DNA of 64,000 nucleotides from Ophelia neglecta (taxonomy: Eukaryota): NCBI GenBank assembly GCA_965285935.1, contig OZ260664.1:17794001-17858000 (forward strand). The letters are read 5' to 3'. Positions within the stretch are counted from its first letter, which is position 1. Every line of letters starts with the position of its first letter. Shown piece after piece: positions 1-13,778 of this stretch. The position numbers and the translations under genes are program-made. A model generated the notes under the pieces. It was not told where the DNA came from. It saw only the letters and a program-made list of their open reading frames with translations, and did not search any database.

Positions 1-1169
1 ACAGGTCGAATAGCTGCTACACCTATAAAGTCCTCTATAGTGTTTAGATAAATCCAAATATGAAGATATGCAGCAACTTCCCGATACGGCTTTCCAGCAC
101 CCACCCCAGCCACAGCCCACCCCCTTAACTACCACCCAACCCCTACCCCACCTCCAACTGACGTCGATTTAAATTAACTGACCCTTGGTGACATTAGATG
201 ACATTTGCCTCCAAAAAAGACACTTCCCTGAGTCAACCGTACTATCATATGGCTATCAAACGATCAAATAAAAATGCATCCGCTGCATATCATTGGCTCC
301 TACCAAAAACCATCTAATACCCAACTGTGCAAATACAACTATTCAGTAATTTATGCAAATTACTGCATATATATAAATCAATGAAAAATAAACAATATGC
401 GCCCATTTCGAAACACTTATCTTCTGGACTGAGCCCATATATAACGGAATGGCATCCACATACATCATTATATACCGGGTCAGAAGCTTTGAACGAATTG
501 GTCCCAGCAGAGCTAATTGTGAGTTTAATATTCAGTCAGTAAATAAAGCAGACATGTTATTTGTTCTGATATATTTCTCATTGATCGGACGTGCTAGTGC
601 GGAAGCAAGTAGGTGCAATAATACTATAAATCTAAAGGCATCGCTTGCTTTTCTTAATGCCCTATCAGAAGTGTAGGAAAAGTGCATATAGTTGATAGTA
701 TAAGTAAGTTCTTGTTAGCTTGTGTATGAGTGAATGTCTATCATTTTGTCAGAGCAAGTAAATTTGTATTAATCCCTGCTGAGATATATATTGTTTCCAG
801 CTGTTATGAACGCAAAAGAATATCAGAACACTTGCAAAATGTAGCAAACTAACTGCATTCAATGCGGAACATTTAAAATTCACAGGAAAAAATCCTCATA
901 TGTAGATAATCTCAAACAGTCAACACATTGAACAGTACTGATTGGGCATGTGTGAATAAATGTATAGATTGCTGGAAGAAACATCAAGTCGGAAATGATA
1001 TTTCGTGACTCCATTTTTGAGTGACGCGATAAGACCTCGTTACCAATGAATGTATTATAATAGGCACGTCGCGCTAATGCCTGTATATTTAAACCGTTCC
1101 AATTGAAAATACCTAGTTGAGGAAATATATCACCCCCGGAAACTGCTCAATATATTTTATTCTTGGTAT

Positions 1170-1330
1170 CGACAAGAAATGTGACAAATCCGAACAATTT
1201 AATCACCGTGGACGAACATTATAAGGCTGCGTGAGAGCTTGTTTATTTTAATGAATAACGAAAGTATGATTGGTTTTGGTGACGAAGAGGAGCATCTTAA
1301 TGAAAATCAAGCTGGCTTTCGCAATAGTTA
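1170..1330 (+). mobile_element. Decayed LINE reverse-transcriptase remnant (repeated in each array unit)
   Basis: Translates to NHRGRTL*GC...LNENQAGFRNS*, matching the NYRGITLLS...QAGFRKGYS RT segment that is intact at 37791 onward. Confidence 0.6.
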
Positions 1331-1955
1331 AAAGACAAGTCACCAATGTTCTGGACTATATGATACACAGTGTTAGTCTGTTGGGTCTGTTGCTATAGCA
1401 TTATATCATCGATATTATTGACGTGGATAAACCGGTCCTATATATAAACGCGATTGATCCGAATATGATATAAACTCCACCATATAAGTTAAAAATTAGT
1501 CACGAGAGACAATATTAAAGCACGTCCTATTTACGGGGTATTTGTGTATAGATTTGTAAATTCGCACACAAGTAGGCATATATAGCCATAGTTTACAAGG
1601 CATTCGGACTATTGCCTTGCAGCATTATACTTTTTTTTTTCATTTTATTTGTATTGGTCACAGACTTTTCGTGTGCCATGTTTTGTATTTGATTACATAG
1701 GCCTAAAAACCAGGGAAATTGTGGGATTGTCAAGCATGCTTGTGAAATGATTATAAACTTTGTAATACTGATTAAATCTAGAAAGCTGCTGTTTTTATTG
1801 TTGTCTGTGATAAAAAAAAAAGGTTAAAGATAAATATTATTATTTGTCCCGATTTTGGAGTAATCTGTAGACAATCGGGTAACCATTTCCACGTAACTTT
1901 ATAATACAATTCGCAGGACTCTCACAGGCAAATTACCTCGTTATCTTTGCAAATA

Positions 1956-2122
1956 CAGTGAAACCTGTGAAATAAGACCACCCAATGGACTGGAAAATAC
2001 TGATCTGATTTCAGAGGTGGTCTGTTTAGGCAGGTAATTTACATTGAAAGTATGCATCACGGTCCTCATAATAGTGGTCTGCAATGACAGGTGGTCTGAT
2101 TATAGAGGTGGTCTCTAAGCTA
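1956..2122. mobile_element. Tc1/mariner-type MITE, right end truncated (also 9399-9565 and 16879-17045)
   Basis: Starts TA|CAGTGAAACCT with internal GGTGGTCT repeats. It matches the complete copy at 24332-24508 but lacks the last 10 bp of the right TIR. Confidence 0.85.
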
Positions 2123-4202
2123 TTTCCTCCCCACCCCAACCGGTGAACCTTACCAGAATTGTGCTAACGTCATACATTTGAAGCTTTCAAATATTGTTTA
2201 AGCATGATAGATAACTAATAAATATGTACAAAAAACTTGATAAAAGGTTTTTTGTTCTCCTCTACAGTTATATGCCTAGTTAAACGTTAACATTATATAT
2301 CAATGGATACAGAACAGAATATGCCTTCCAGGGCTGCTCTGTGAGTAATAATGATGCTGCCATAGTCATATTGACCGTGTTAACTGCAATATAAAGCATA
2401 GAGGTACCCTCGAAGCCATGCAGCTTGGCTACCACATGAATATATGGCAGTTTATGATGGATAAGATATTTGATTAGTTGTTTTTCACTATTAAAAACAA
2501 TTGACTTGAAATTATGTAACGAATGGGGGAAGCAATTATCAACCATAGTAAACTGTGCCACTGCCTTGTCTCTAGACTTTGAAGTCAGGAGCAGACACGT
2601 TTAGTATAAAAATCTCACGGTGCGTGGCGTGTAATTAAATTGGCTTCGTATACTGATAAACTTTAACGAAAAGATCAATAAAAAGCATCCCATTAATAAG
2701 GGGTCCATTCTGTATTTCACCTATATGTTATAACTAAACTTATTATTTAATTTCCTAAATGTAATCCATCATAGGGTAACGTTTGTGAAATTCACCCATC
2801 GTTTAATTTCGCGCAGTCAGTAGCCTGATTCCGACTTCCTACGAGGAATAAGCCGACTTTCTGCGGCATTAATCGATGCGGTTTATTATCTGACTTCTCC
2901 CTATTGATGGCAATACATGTCAGGTGTATTACAGTTCACGTACGTTATAATATACTCCTGACCATGCTATTTCCTCCTTTATTCTGTTAAAAATTCAACT
3001 ATTCATGACCATTTAAAGTATAAGCATTTATTTCCAGTACACCAAGAATATGCAAAAATAAAACGGGATCCGCGAACCGACAATCTCCTGATTATGACCC
3101 CCAAGAGATAGAACCACAGCTAGTTAGTGTACATGTTAAGAACACATGTGAAATTGATAGGGCTAGTCACTCTACGGCAAAGAATCAAAGATGTAATATA
3201 GATTACCTACATAATAAATTAGAGAAATCGAAGAATAATGAATTATTATATGAAGGTTTATTTTGCTCTGTTTTATCAGAATAATTCTCACAGCTTACCT
3301 AAGCAGAAACACAAATCTTAGATATTAGATATAGCGGAAAAAGACACAAGAAATGGGTAGAGTGTCTATTAACTGGACAACATCTTTACTCATGTGTCTA
3401 TAACTGTTTTTATTTGTTGTCCTACAAAGCGACGCTAGCATGCGATGGGCTTGTGGCCTGACAAGCCGCGCAACTTGTATTTACACAAGCATCGCTCTCG
3501 TGTTAACATCAACGGTCCGCTGCTCCTATTTATTGAGGAGTGACAATAGCCACAAGGGCGTTGCCAGCATACGCGGTCTGAACACACGGAATTTCTATAA
3601 ACCATGTTAAATGTATTGGCCGGAATATTTAGGTGAAAATAGTTTTACCGGAAAATTAAAAGAGTTTAATTTCAATGACAAGTAAACAACCATGTATCAC
3701 TTATGGACAATTTTTAGGTAAAATCTTCCCATCAATCTGACTTGATGGCCGGTTACTTCACTTAAGGCCTGGGAAACATGCAAGGCGACTGCAGACATGA
3801 TTAGTTTATGTGAAAAGGATATCCACAACCCTTCTCCTAGTTACATGTACATAACATCCAGAACTTGTCCCAGTTCAGTCCATCTCAAATGTTTGAATTT
3901 CTCAAGCAAGCACACGTTGCTTATTCCAAAGTCGTTAATTTAGAATAAGCCAATGTGACTTATGTTTCCTTACATAGGAAAGCGCCCAAACATACTTGTT
4001 CACTATCAAATACTAAACAAGTTGATATTTCCTCCCCACCCCAACCGGTGAACCTTACCAGAATTGTGCTAACGTCATACATTTGAAGCTTTCAAATATT
4101 GTATAAGCATGCTAGATAACTAATAAATATGTACAAAAAATCACCTCTATTGTTATATGCCTAGTTAAACGTTAACATTATATATCAATGGATGCAGAAC
4201 AG
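2121..4202 (+). repeat. ~190 bp direct repeat pair inside each array unit (2121-2317 and 4026-4202)
   Basis: TATTTCCTCCCCACCCCAACCGGTGAACC...CAGAACAG occurs twice, with a ~20 bp indel between the copies. Confidence 0.95.
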
Positions 4203-5872
4203 TTTCTTACTTGCTTTAACCGTCTGTGCGTTGATATAAATTCGATTATTCCGTATTTCAACTCACGCAGGAGCAGTACGTTAGCAATTCACCACCACTC
4301 TGGTAACTAAATTATTTTGTCAGATAGAGCTTACAAAAATGTCAAACGGACAAAAATTCCGTCTAGTTTATGCACTTCTGACTGGCTGAAACTGGTTTGT
4401 GTACTGTGCGGTTAATGATTAATTGATCATGAGAAGTGACGCAACATTATGAAACTTGTAGTGGGGGGGGGGGGGGGATAGTTGTTTATGAAAACAAACA
4501 ATTGTTGGCCGTTTCCATAGTTGCCTGAATGTTGTTTTTATAACTGGTGGGATAAAAATTGGTGTGCGTGCAAACAAAACGATCGCAAACAATCATTTAG
4601 CTACATTTACTTGTACAAAGAAAACTAGTTGCACGTTTTCAACAAATGAGTACCAATCCAGCCTCTCTCCTACCCCCCCCCTCTCTCCTAACCCCCCCCC
4701 CCCCCGCACAGACACAAACACTCAGACTAACTCCAGCTACCACCACTCCGCCCCATCCCTTATGTCTGTAGATTCTGGCATCATGTCAGATGATGATTTG
4801 ACAATGTGTTTATAAAACTTTACGTTATATTTAAAATTTTCATGAAGATAGTTAGAGCAGTGTGTTAGTTGGCCTTCTATCGATGGACAGAAAACATGAA
4901 GCATGACAATCAGGACACAAAACAATAACCTTAGTGAAAACAATTGGTCACCGTGCTATTTGTTTTTAAAGAAGCTGACTTAGAATCATCCAGGATTAGC
5001 CAAAAAATACCCCTAGTTAGCTACATTTATATCAGTTTTACAACATTTGTGTTTAAAATTATTGTGGCAGATTTTCGGGGAAAAAGTCCCTGCTGAGTAT
5101 GCTCCCTTCATGTAAATGTAAACCCCCCCCCCCCCCCCCAATCCACATATTTTCTTGGTACTAACCAAATTCCTCCTCTTGGTCCTAGGTACAAAGTAGA
5201 TGTTCCCTGCCAATCCAGATACAAAATAGATGCCATGCCGTAAGTCAACACTACCTTCCATGGTATAATTGCTATTTTAACATAGCAATCCGCCTTAAAT
5301 TGACTTTGAACAAAGACTTCAGCATATATAATGTATTATTGGTGAAAAGGTTTTTATTCGTGAATGACATACTTGCCATATATAAGTATAGGCTAGTAGC
5401 AATAAAATATATATGGTCTTTTGACGAAACTAAATTAGAACATAATTGTTTTATTAGCAGACTGCCTAGCATCTTAGACCCGGTCATTTTACAGGTAACC
5501 CCCCCCCCCCACCCCCTCCAGCTGGTACCTCAGATAAGCGAAACTATTAATAAAGTACCATGTGATTCACCTGACCAATCAGAGGGATTCCGTTCTAGCG
5601 GAAGATTCACCCGACTGGTCGACTGGTCATTCTCGGCTTCAACACGGGACAGAGCAGACCCACCAGACGAGTGCATACCCACCAAAACGCTTGCTAAATT
5701 ATGTTAATGCTTTTTTTTTAAAGTTAATTTTTTATCCACACAGGTCTAAATTTCAGATTATTTTGCAGACAATCGACTACAAAGACGTAGAACCGTTTTT
5801 ATAATATATTTATCATAATGTTGGCACAATGTTAAATAAAGTCTCCTGGCAACACGGATAAGCACCCTCTAT

Positions 5873-6310
5873 CTATTTTTTTCGACCTAAATTAAAGCAT
5901 GCAGCGGTGAAAGCAATCAGATCATCAGCCAAACCTCCTACAAAGAAAATAACTAATCCCACTATGGGTATATTTTCCTTAATATAATTCCCTACAACGT
6001 CATTTTGGAGGAAATCACCAGTTTCGATCCAGTCAGTAGTATATTTCAGGCACATCACTGACCACATAATCACAATAGCCACGCCCATGTAGAAGCTTAG
6101 TACACAATCCTCGTGGTAAGGCATCATTTTAATCGTCTGGTTTGACCTGCCTTGTATAAATCCCGAGGTAATTATTCCAACAGGAATAGGAGTCATCACA
6201 GTGAAGAACACGAGTGTACCTATAAAGGCGTCCTGTCGGAATCCACCTCCTTGAAATGCGGTATGGTGACCTGTCAGGAAGGCGAGTGTGAACCAGGAAT
6301 GCCACGCCAT
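5873..6310 (-). CDS. Putative orphan 145-aa multi-pass membrane protein, array copy 1
   Basis: Strong acceptor (TTTTTTGTCTTTCCAG|) opens the exon at 6354, followed by an ATG in CCACGATGG context. Three hydrophobic segments: FIGTLVFFTVMTPIPVGIITSGFI, CVLSFYMGVAIVIMWSVMCL and IPIVGLVIFFVGGLA. No family recognised. Confidence 0.5.
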   Translation of the reverse strand: MAWHSWFTLAFLTGHHTAFQGGGFRQDAFIGTLVFFTVMTPIPVGIITSGFIQGRSNQTIKMMPYHEDCVLSFYMGVAIVIMWSVMCLKYTTDWIETGDFLQNDVVGNYIKENIPIVGLVIFFVGGLADDLIAFTAACFNLGRKK

Positions 6311-7113
6311 CGTGGTCGGGCCTAAAGAGCCTCAGTGAGAACGATGTTAATGTCCTGGAAAGACAAAAAAGAGTGAAATTGAAGCAGTTGTATTCCCATA
6401 AGCAATAGTTAATGAGTTCGTAGCTATGATAATTTGGGGAAGGAAGAAGGAGCCACAATGTTTCCCCCACAATATGAAAATGGCAAGACTATTTCAAAGA
6501 AACTTCCTGCACTATGTACTTCCTGCACTATGTACTCCAGATATATTAACTTTTTCTCTGTTCAGAGTAAGGATCTACTGAGCCGAAAGGATACGTATTT
6601 AAACGTTCAATTGTGATTCAAGGTCTGTAAAAGTATGTTAAAGTATACTGAGCTGAACTCTATATTATAGTATTCATGCTACATGTACATATATTAGTAT
6701 AAGTAAGATGGACGTTAACAGAGTGCCGAGTTAGCTCGACAATATAGTACTACATTGGAAACAAGTCAAATATGAGAATCCGGGTACTTCAACTAAAGTG
6801 GTATAAATGTGTACATGTATTGGATATATCGTGATGGGGTAGGAAGTTTGCATTGCCATCCATAGGTGTAATTTCAGAAGTGCTTAATCTAACGACGAAT
6901 TAATGCCTCTCCCACGCAAGCCATTGTTACGATGGATACCTACCTATTGAAGGGTCCTGTCCTCTAAACCTATGAGAATGACTAGCGCTGTACTTCTTTT
7001 TATATAAAGTAAACCATCGGTTCTCTACTGCTATATACCATCGTCCCCCTGCAATGGTCTTTCACAGAATGTGTTGACAGAATTTGTAATAAATCGGATT
7101 CGTCCTCGGTTAC

Positions 7114-7222
7114 TCGCTGAGAGTTCGCAATTTATGTTGCTGAGATAGTTTGTAAGGAGATAAGTAATAATATCTATTGAGAAGTACCTTAACCTTCGCG
7201 TCCGTCCCGACTGCTATATATA
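7114..7222 (-). promoter_or_regulatory. Candidate TATA box and non-coding first exon for the 145-aa ORF
   Basis: TATATATAG on the minus strand at ~7214-7222 and a possible donor GA|GTAACC at 7114/7113. Motif evidence only. Confidence 0.25.
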
Positions 7223-10200
7223 CAGGATTTCCCCAAAAGGCCTCACACTAAAACCCATTATTTCTATACCAAGCAAGTCGTGTGGACGACACAGTAGATC
7301 TACAAGCTGGGCTAGCTAGACAGTTGTTAGTTGCTGCCAAACCGGACACAACTAAATGAATCCAGGATCAGTGAGTGAAGCACATAACTTTGGCAATAGC
7401 CCTTATCATTGGCTCACATCTAACAGCCTGACATTATGCATTTATATACTAAACAGGTCGAATAGCTGCTACACCTATAAAGTCCTCTATAGTGTTTAGA
7501 TAAATCCAAATATGAAGATATGCAGCAACTTCCCGATACGGCTTTCCAGCACCCACCCCAGCCATAGCCCCACCCCTTAACTACCACCCAACCCCAACCC
7601 CACCTCCAACTGACGTCGATATAAATTAACTGACCCTTGGTGACATTAGATAACATTTGCCTCCAAAAAAGACACTTCCCTGAGTCAACCGTACTATCAT
7701 ATGGCTATCAAACGATCAAATAAAAATGCATCCGCTGCATATCATTGGCTCCTACCAAAAACCATCTAATACCCAACTGTGCAAATACAACTACATGTAT
7801 TCAGTAATTTATGCAAATTACTGCATATATATAAATTAATGAAAAATAAACAATATGCGCCCATTTCGAAACACTTATCTTCTGTACTGAGCCCATATAT
7901 AACGGAATGACATCCACATACATCATTATATACCGGGTCAGAAGCTTTGAACGAATTGGTCCCAGCAGAGCTAGTTGTGAGTTTAATATTCAGTCAGTAA
8001 ATAAAGCAGACATGTTATTTGTTCTGATATATTTCTCATTGATCGGACGTGCTAGTGCGGAAGCAAGTAGGTGCAATAATACTATAAATCTAAAGGCATC
8101 GCTTGCTTTTCTTAATGCCCTATCAGAAGTGTAGGAAAAGTGCATATAGTTGATAGTATAAGTAAGTTCTTGTTAGCTTGTGTATGAGTGAATGTCTATC
8201 ATTTTGTCAGAGCAAGTAAATTTGTATTAATCCCTGCTGAGATATATATTGTTTCCAGCTGTTATGAACGCAAAAGAATATCAGAACACTTGCAAAATGT
8301 AGCAAACTAACTGCATTCAATGCGGAACATTTAAAATTCACAGAAAAAAATCCTCATATGTAGATAATCGCAAACAGTCAACACATTGAACAGTACTGAT
8401 TGGGCATGTGCGAATATCTGTATAGATTGCTAGAAGAAACATCATGTCGGAAATGATATTTCGTGACTCCATTTTTGAGTGACGCGATAAGATGAATGAA
8501 TTATAATAGGCACGTCGCGCTAATGCCTGTATATTTAAACCGTTCCAATTGAAAATGCCTAGTTGAGGAAATATATCACCCCCGGAAACTGCTCAATATA
8601 TTTCATTCTTGATATCGACAAGAAATGTGACAAATCCGAACCATTTAATCACCGTGGACGAACATTATAAGCCTGCGTGAGAGCTTGTTTATTTTAATGA
8701 ATAACGAAAGTATGATTGGTTTTGGTGACGAAGAGGAGCATCTTAATGAAAATCAAGCTGGCTTTCGCAATAGTTAAAAGACAAGTCACCAATGTTCTGG
8801 ACTATATGATACACAGTGTTAGTCTGTTGGGTCTGTTGCTATAGCATTATATCATCGTTATTATTGACGTGGATAAACCGGTCCTATATATACACGCGAT
8901 TGATCCGAATATGATATAAACTCCACCATATAAGTTAAAAATTAGTCACGAGAGACAATATTAAAGCACGTCCTATTTACGGGGTATGTGTGTATAGATT
9001 TGTAAATTCGCACACAAGTAGGCATATATAGCCATAGTTTACAAGGCATTCGGACTATTGCCTTGCAGCATTATACTTTTTTTTCATTTTATTTGTATTG
9101 GTAACAGACTTTTCGTGTGCCATGTTTTGTATTTGATTACATAGGCCTAAAAACCAGGGAAATTGTGGGATTGTCAAGCATGCTTGTGAAATGATTATAA
9201 ACTTTGTAATACTGATTAAATCTAGAAAGCTGCTGTTTTTATTGTTGTCTGTGATAAAAAAAAAGGTTCATGATAAATATTATTATTTGTCCCGATTTTG
9301 GAGTAATCTGTAGACAATCGGGTAACCATTTCCACGTAACTTTATAATACAATTCGCAGGACTCTCACAGGCAAATTACCTCGTTATCTTTGCAAACACA
9401 GTGAAACCTGTGAAATAAGACCACCCAATGGACTGGAAAATACTGATCTGATTTCAGAGGTGGTCTGTTTAGGCAGGTAATTTACATTGAAAGTATGCAT
9501 CACGGTCCTCATAATAGTGGTCTGCAATGACAGGTGGTCTGATTATAGAGGTGGTCTCTAAGCTATTTCCTCCCCACCCCAACCGGTGAACCTTACCAGA
9601 ATTGTGCTAACGTCATACATTTGAAGCTTTCAAATATTGTTTAAGCATGATAGATAACTAATAAATATGTACAAAAAACTTGATAAAAGGTTTTATGTTC
9701 TCCTCTACAGTTATATGCCTAGTTAAACGTTAACATTATATATCAATGGATACAGAACAGAATATGCCTTCCAGGGCTGCTCTGTGAGTAATAATGATGC
9801 TGCCATAGTCATATTGACCGTGTTAACTGCAATATAAAGCATAGAGGTACCCTCGAAGCCATGCAGCTTGGCTACCACATGAATATATGGCAGTTTATGA
9901 TGGATAAGATATTTGATTAGTTGTTTTTCACTATTAAAAACAATTGACTTGAAATTATGTAACGAATGGGGGAAGCAATTATCAACCATAGTAAACTGTG
10001 CCACTGCCTTGTCTCTAGACTTTGAAGTCAGGAGCAGACACGTTTAGTATAAAAATCTCACGGTGCGTGGCGTGTAATTAAATTGGCTTCGTATACTGAT
10101 AAACTTTAACGAAAAGATCAATAAAAAGCATCCCATTAATAAGGGGTCCATTCTGTATTTCACCTATATGTTATAACTAAACTTATTATTTAATTTCCTA

Positions 10201-13200
10201 AATGTAATCCATCATAGGGTAACGTTTGTGAAATTCACCCATCGTTTAATTTCGCGCAGTCAGTACCCTGATTCCGACTTCCTACGAGGAATAAGCCGAC
10301 TTTCTGCGGAATTAATCGATGCGGTTTATTATCTGACTTCTCCCTATTGATGGCAATACATGTCAGGTGTATTACAGTTCACGTACGTCATAATATACTC
10401 CTGACCATGCTATTTCCTCCTTTATTCTGTTAAAAATTCAACTATTCATGACCATTTAAAGTATAAGCATTTATTTCCAGTACACCAAGAATATGCAAAA
10501 ATAAAACGGGATCCGCGAACCGACAATCTCCTGATTATGACCCCCAAGAGATAGAACCACAGCTAGTTAGTGTACATGTTAAGAACACATGTGAAATTGA
10601 TAGGGCTAGTTACTCTACGGCAAAGAATCAAAGATGTAATATAGATTACCTACATAATAAATTAGAGAAATCGAAGAATAATGAATTATTATATGAAGGT
10701 TTATTTTGCTCTGTTTTATCAGAATAATTCTCACAGCTTACCTAAGCAGAAACACAAATCTTAGATATTAGATATAGCGGAAAAAGACACAAGAAATGGG
10801 TAGAGTGTCTATTAACTGGACAACATCTTTACTCATGTGTCTATAACTGTTTTTATTTGTTGTCCTACAAAGCGACGCTAGCATGCGATGGGCTTGTGGC
10901 CTGACAAGCCGCGCAACTTGTATTTACACAAGCATCGCTCTCGTGTTAACATCCACGGTCCGCTGCTCCTATTTATTGAGGAGTGACAATAGCCACAAGG
11001 GCGTTGCCAGCATACGCGGTCTGAACACACGGAATTTCTATAAACCATGTTAAATGTATTGGCCGGAATATTTAGGTGAAAATAGTTTTACCGGAAAATT
11101 AAAAGAGTTTAATTTCAATGACAAGTAAACAACCATGTATCACTTATGGACAATTTTTAGGTAAAATCTTCCCATCAATCTGACTTGATGGCCGGTTACT
11201 TCACTTAAGGCCTGGGAAACATGCAAGGCGACTGCAGACATGATTAGTTTATGTGAAAAGGATATCCACAACCCTTCTCCTAGTTACATAACATCCAGAA
11301 GTTGTCCCAGTTCAGTCCATCTCAAATGTTTGAATTTCTCAAGCAAGCACACGTTGCTTATTCCAAAGTCGTTAATTTAGAATAAGCCAATGTGACTTAT
11401 GTTTCCTTACATAGGAAAGCGCCCAAACATACTTGTTCACTATCAAATACTAAACAAGTTGATATTTCCTCCCCACCCCAACCGGTGAACCTTACCAGAA
11501 TTGTGCTAACGTCATACATTTGAAGCTTTCAAATATTGTATAAGCATGCTAGATAACTAATAAATATGTACAAAAAATCACCTCTATTGTTATATGCCTA
11601 GTTAAACGTTAACATTATATATCAATGGATACAGAACAGTTTCTTACTTGCTTTAACCGTCTGTGCGTTGATATAAATTCGATTATTCCGTATTTCAACT
11701 CACGCAGGAGCAGTACGTTAGCAATTCACCACCACTCTGGTAACTAAATTATTTTGTCAGATAGAGCTTACAAAAATGTCAAACGGACATAAATTCCGTC
11801 TAGTTTATGCCCTACTGACTGGCTGAAACTGGTTTGTGTACTGTGCAGTTAATGATAAATTGATCATGAGAAGTGACGCAACATTATGAAACTTGTCGGG
11901 GGGGGGGGGGGGGGGGGGATAGTTGTTTATGAAAACAAACAATTGTTGGCCGTTTCCATAGTTGCCTGTATGTTGATTTTAAAACTGGTGGGATAAAAAT
12001 TGGTGTGCGTGCAAATAAAAAGGATTGCAATCAATCATTTAGCTACATTAACTTGTACAAAGAAAACTAGTTGCACGTTTTCAACAAATGAGTACCAATC
12101 CAGCCTCTCTCTTACCCCCCCCCCCCCCCCATCTCTCTCTCCTAACCCCCCCACCCCCACCCCACCCCCCACCCCCCCCGCACAGACACAAACACTCAGA
12201 CTAACTCCAGCCACCACCACTCCGCCCCATCCCTTATGTTTGTAACGTTAGATTCTGGCATCATGCCAGATGATGATTTGACAATGTGTTTATAAAACTT
12301 TGCGTTATATTTAAAATTTCATGAAAATAGTTAGAGCAGTGTGTTAGTTGGCCTTCTATCGATAGACAGAAAACATGAAGGATGACAATCAGGACACAAA
12401 ACAATAACCTTAGTGAAAACAATTGGTCACCGTGCTATTTGTTTTAAAAAGAGCTGACTTAGAATCATCCAGGATTAGCCCCAAAAATACCCCTAGTTAG
12501 CTACATTTATATCAGTTTTACAACATTTGTTTTTAAAATTATTGTGGCAGATTTTCTGGGAAAAAGTCCCTGCTGAGTATGCTCCCTTCATGTAAATGTA
12601 AAATCCCCCCCCCCCCTCCACATATTTTCTTGGTACTAACCAAATTCCTCCCCTTGGTCCTAGGTACAAAATAGATGTTCCCTGCCAATCCAGATACAAA
12701 ATAGATGCCATGCCGTAAGTCAACACTACCTTCCATGGCATAATTGCTATTTTAACATAGCAATCCGCCTTAAATTGACTTTGAACAAAGACTTCAGCAT
12801 ATATAATGTATTATTGGTGAAAAGGTTTTTATTCGTGAATGACATACTTGCCATATATAAGTATAGGCTAGTAGCAATAAAACATATATGGTCTTTTGAC
12901 GAAACTAAATTAGAAAATAATTGTTTTATTAGCAGACTTGCCTAGCATCTTATACCCGGTCATTTTACAGGTACCCCCCCCCCCCCCAGCTGGTACCTCA
13001 GATAAGCGAAACTATTATCAAAGTACCATGTGATTCACCTGACCAATCAGAGGGATTCCGTTCTAGCGGAAGAATCACCCGACTGGTCGACTGGTCATTC
13101 TCGGCTTTAACAGGGGACAGAGCAGACCCACCAGACGAGTGCATACCCACCAAAACGCTTGCTAAATTATGTTAATGCTTTTTTTTTAAAAATAATTTCT

Positions 13201-13340
13201 TATCCACACAGGTCTAAATTTCAGATTATTTTGCAGACAATCGACTACAAAGACGTAGAACCGTTTTTATCATATATTTATCATAATGTTGGCACAATGT
13301 TAAATAAAGTCTCCTGGCAACACGGATAAGCACCCTCTAT

Positions 13341-13778
13341 CTAATTTTTTCGACATAAATTAAAGCATGCAGCGGTGAAAGCAATCAGATCATCAGCCAA
13401 ACCTCCTACAAAGAAAATAACTAATCCCACTTTGGGTATATTTTCCTTAATATAATTCTCTACACCGTCATTTTGGAGGAAATCACCAGTTTCGATCCAG
13501 TCAGTAGTATATTTCAGGCACATCACTGACCACATAATCACAATAGCCACGCCCATGTAGAAGCTTAGTACACAATCCTCGTGGTAAGGCATCATTTTAA
13601 TCGTCTGGTTTGACCTGCCTTGTATAAATCCCGAGGTAATTATTCCAACAGGAATAGGAGTCATCACAGTGAAGAACACGAGTGTACCTATAAAGGCGTC
13701 CTGTCGGAATCCACCTCATTGAAATGCGGTATGGTGACCTGTCAGGAAGGCGAGTGTGATCCAGGAGTGCCACCCCAT
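13341..13778 (-). pseudogene. Array copy 2 of the membrane-protein ORF, with a premature stop
   Basis: Colinear with copy 1, but codon 21 is GGA>TGA (TCA on the + strand at 13716-13718). Confidence 0.55.

Noticed and set aside
327-5804. Short ORFs repeated in each array unit (e.g. 93 aa at 2280-2561)
   Set aside because: Conservation only reflects recent duplication. No domain similarity, and several use non-ATG starts or are broken in sister units.
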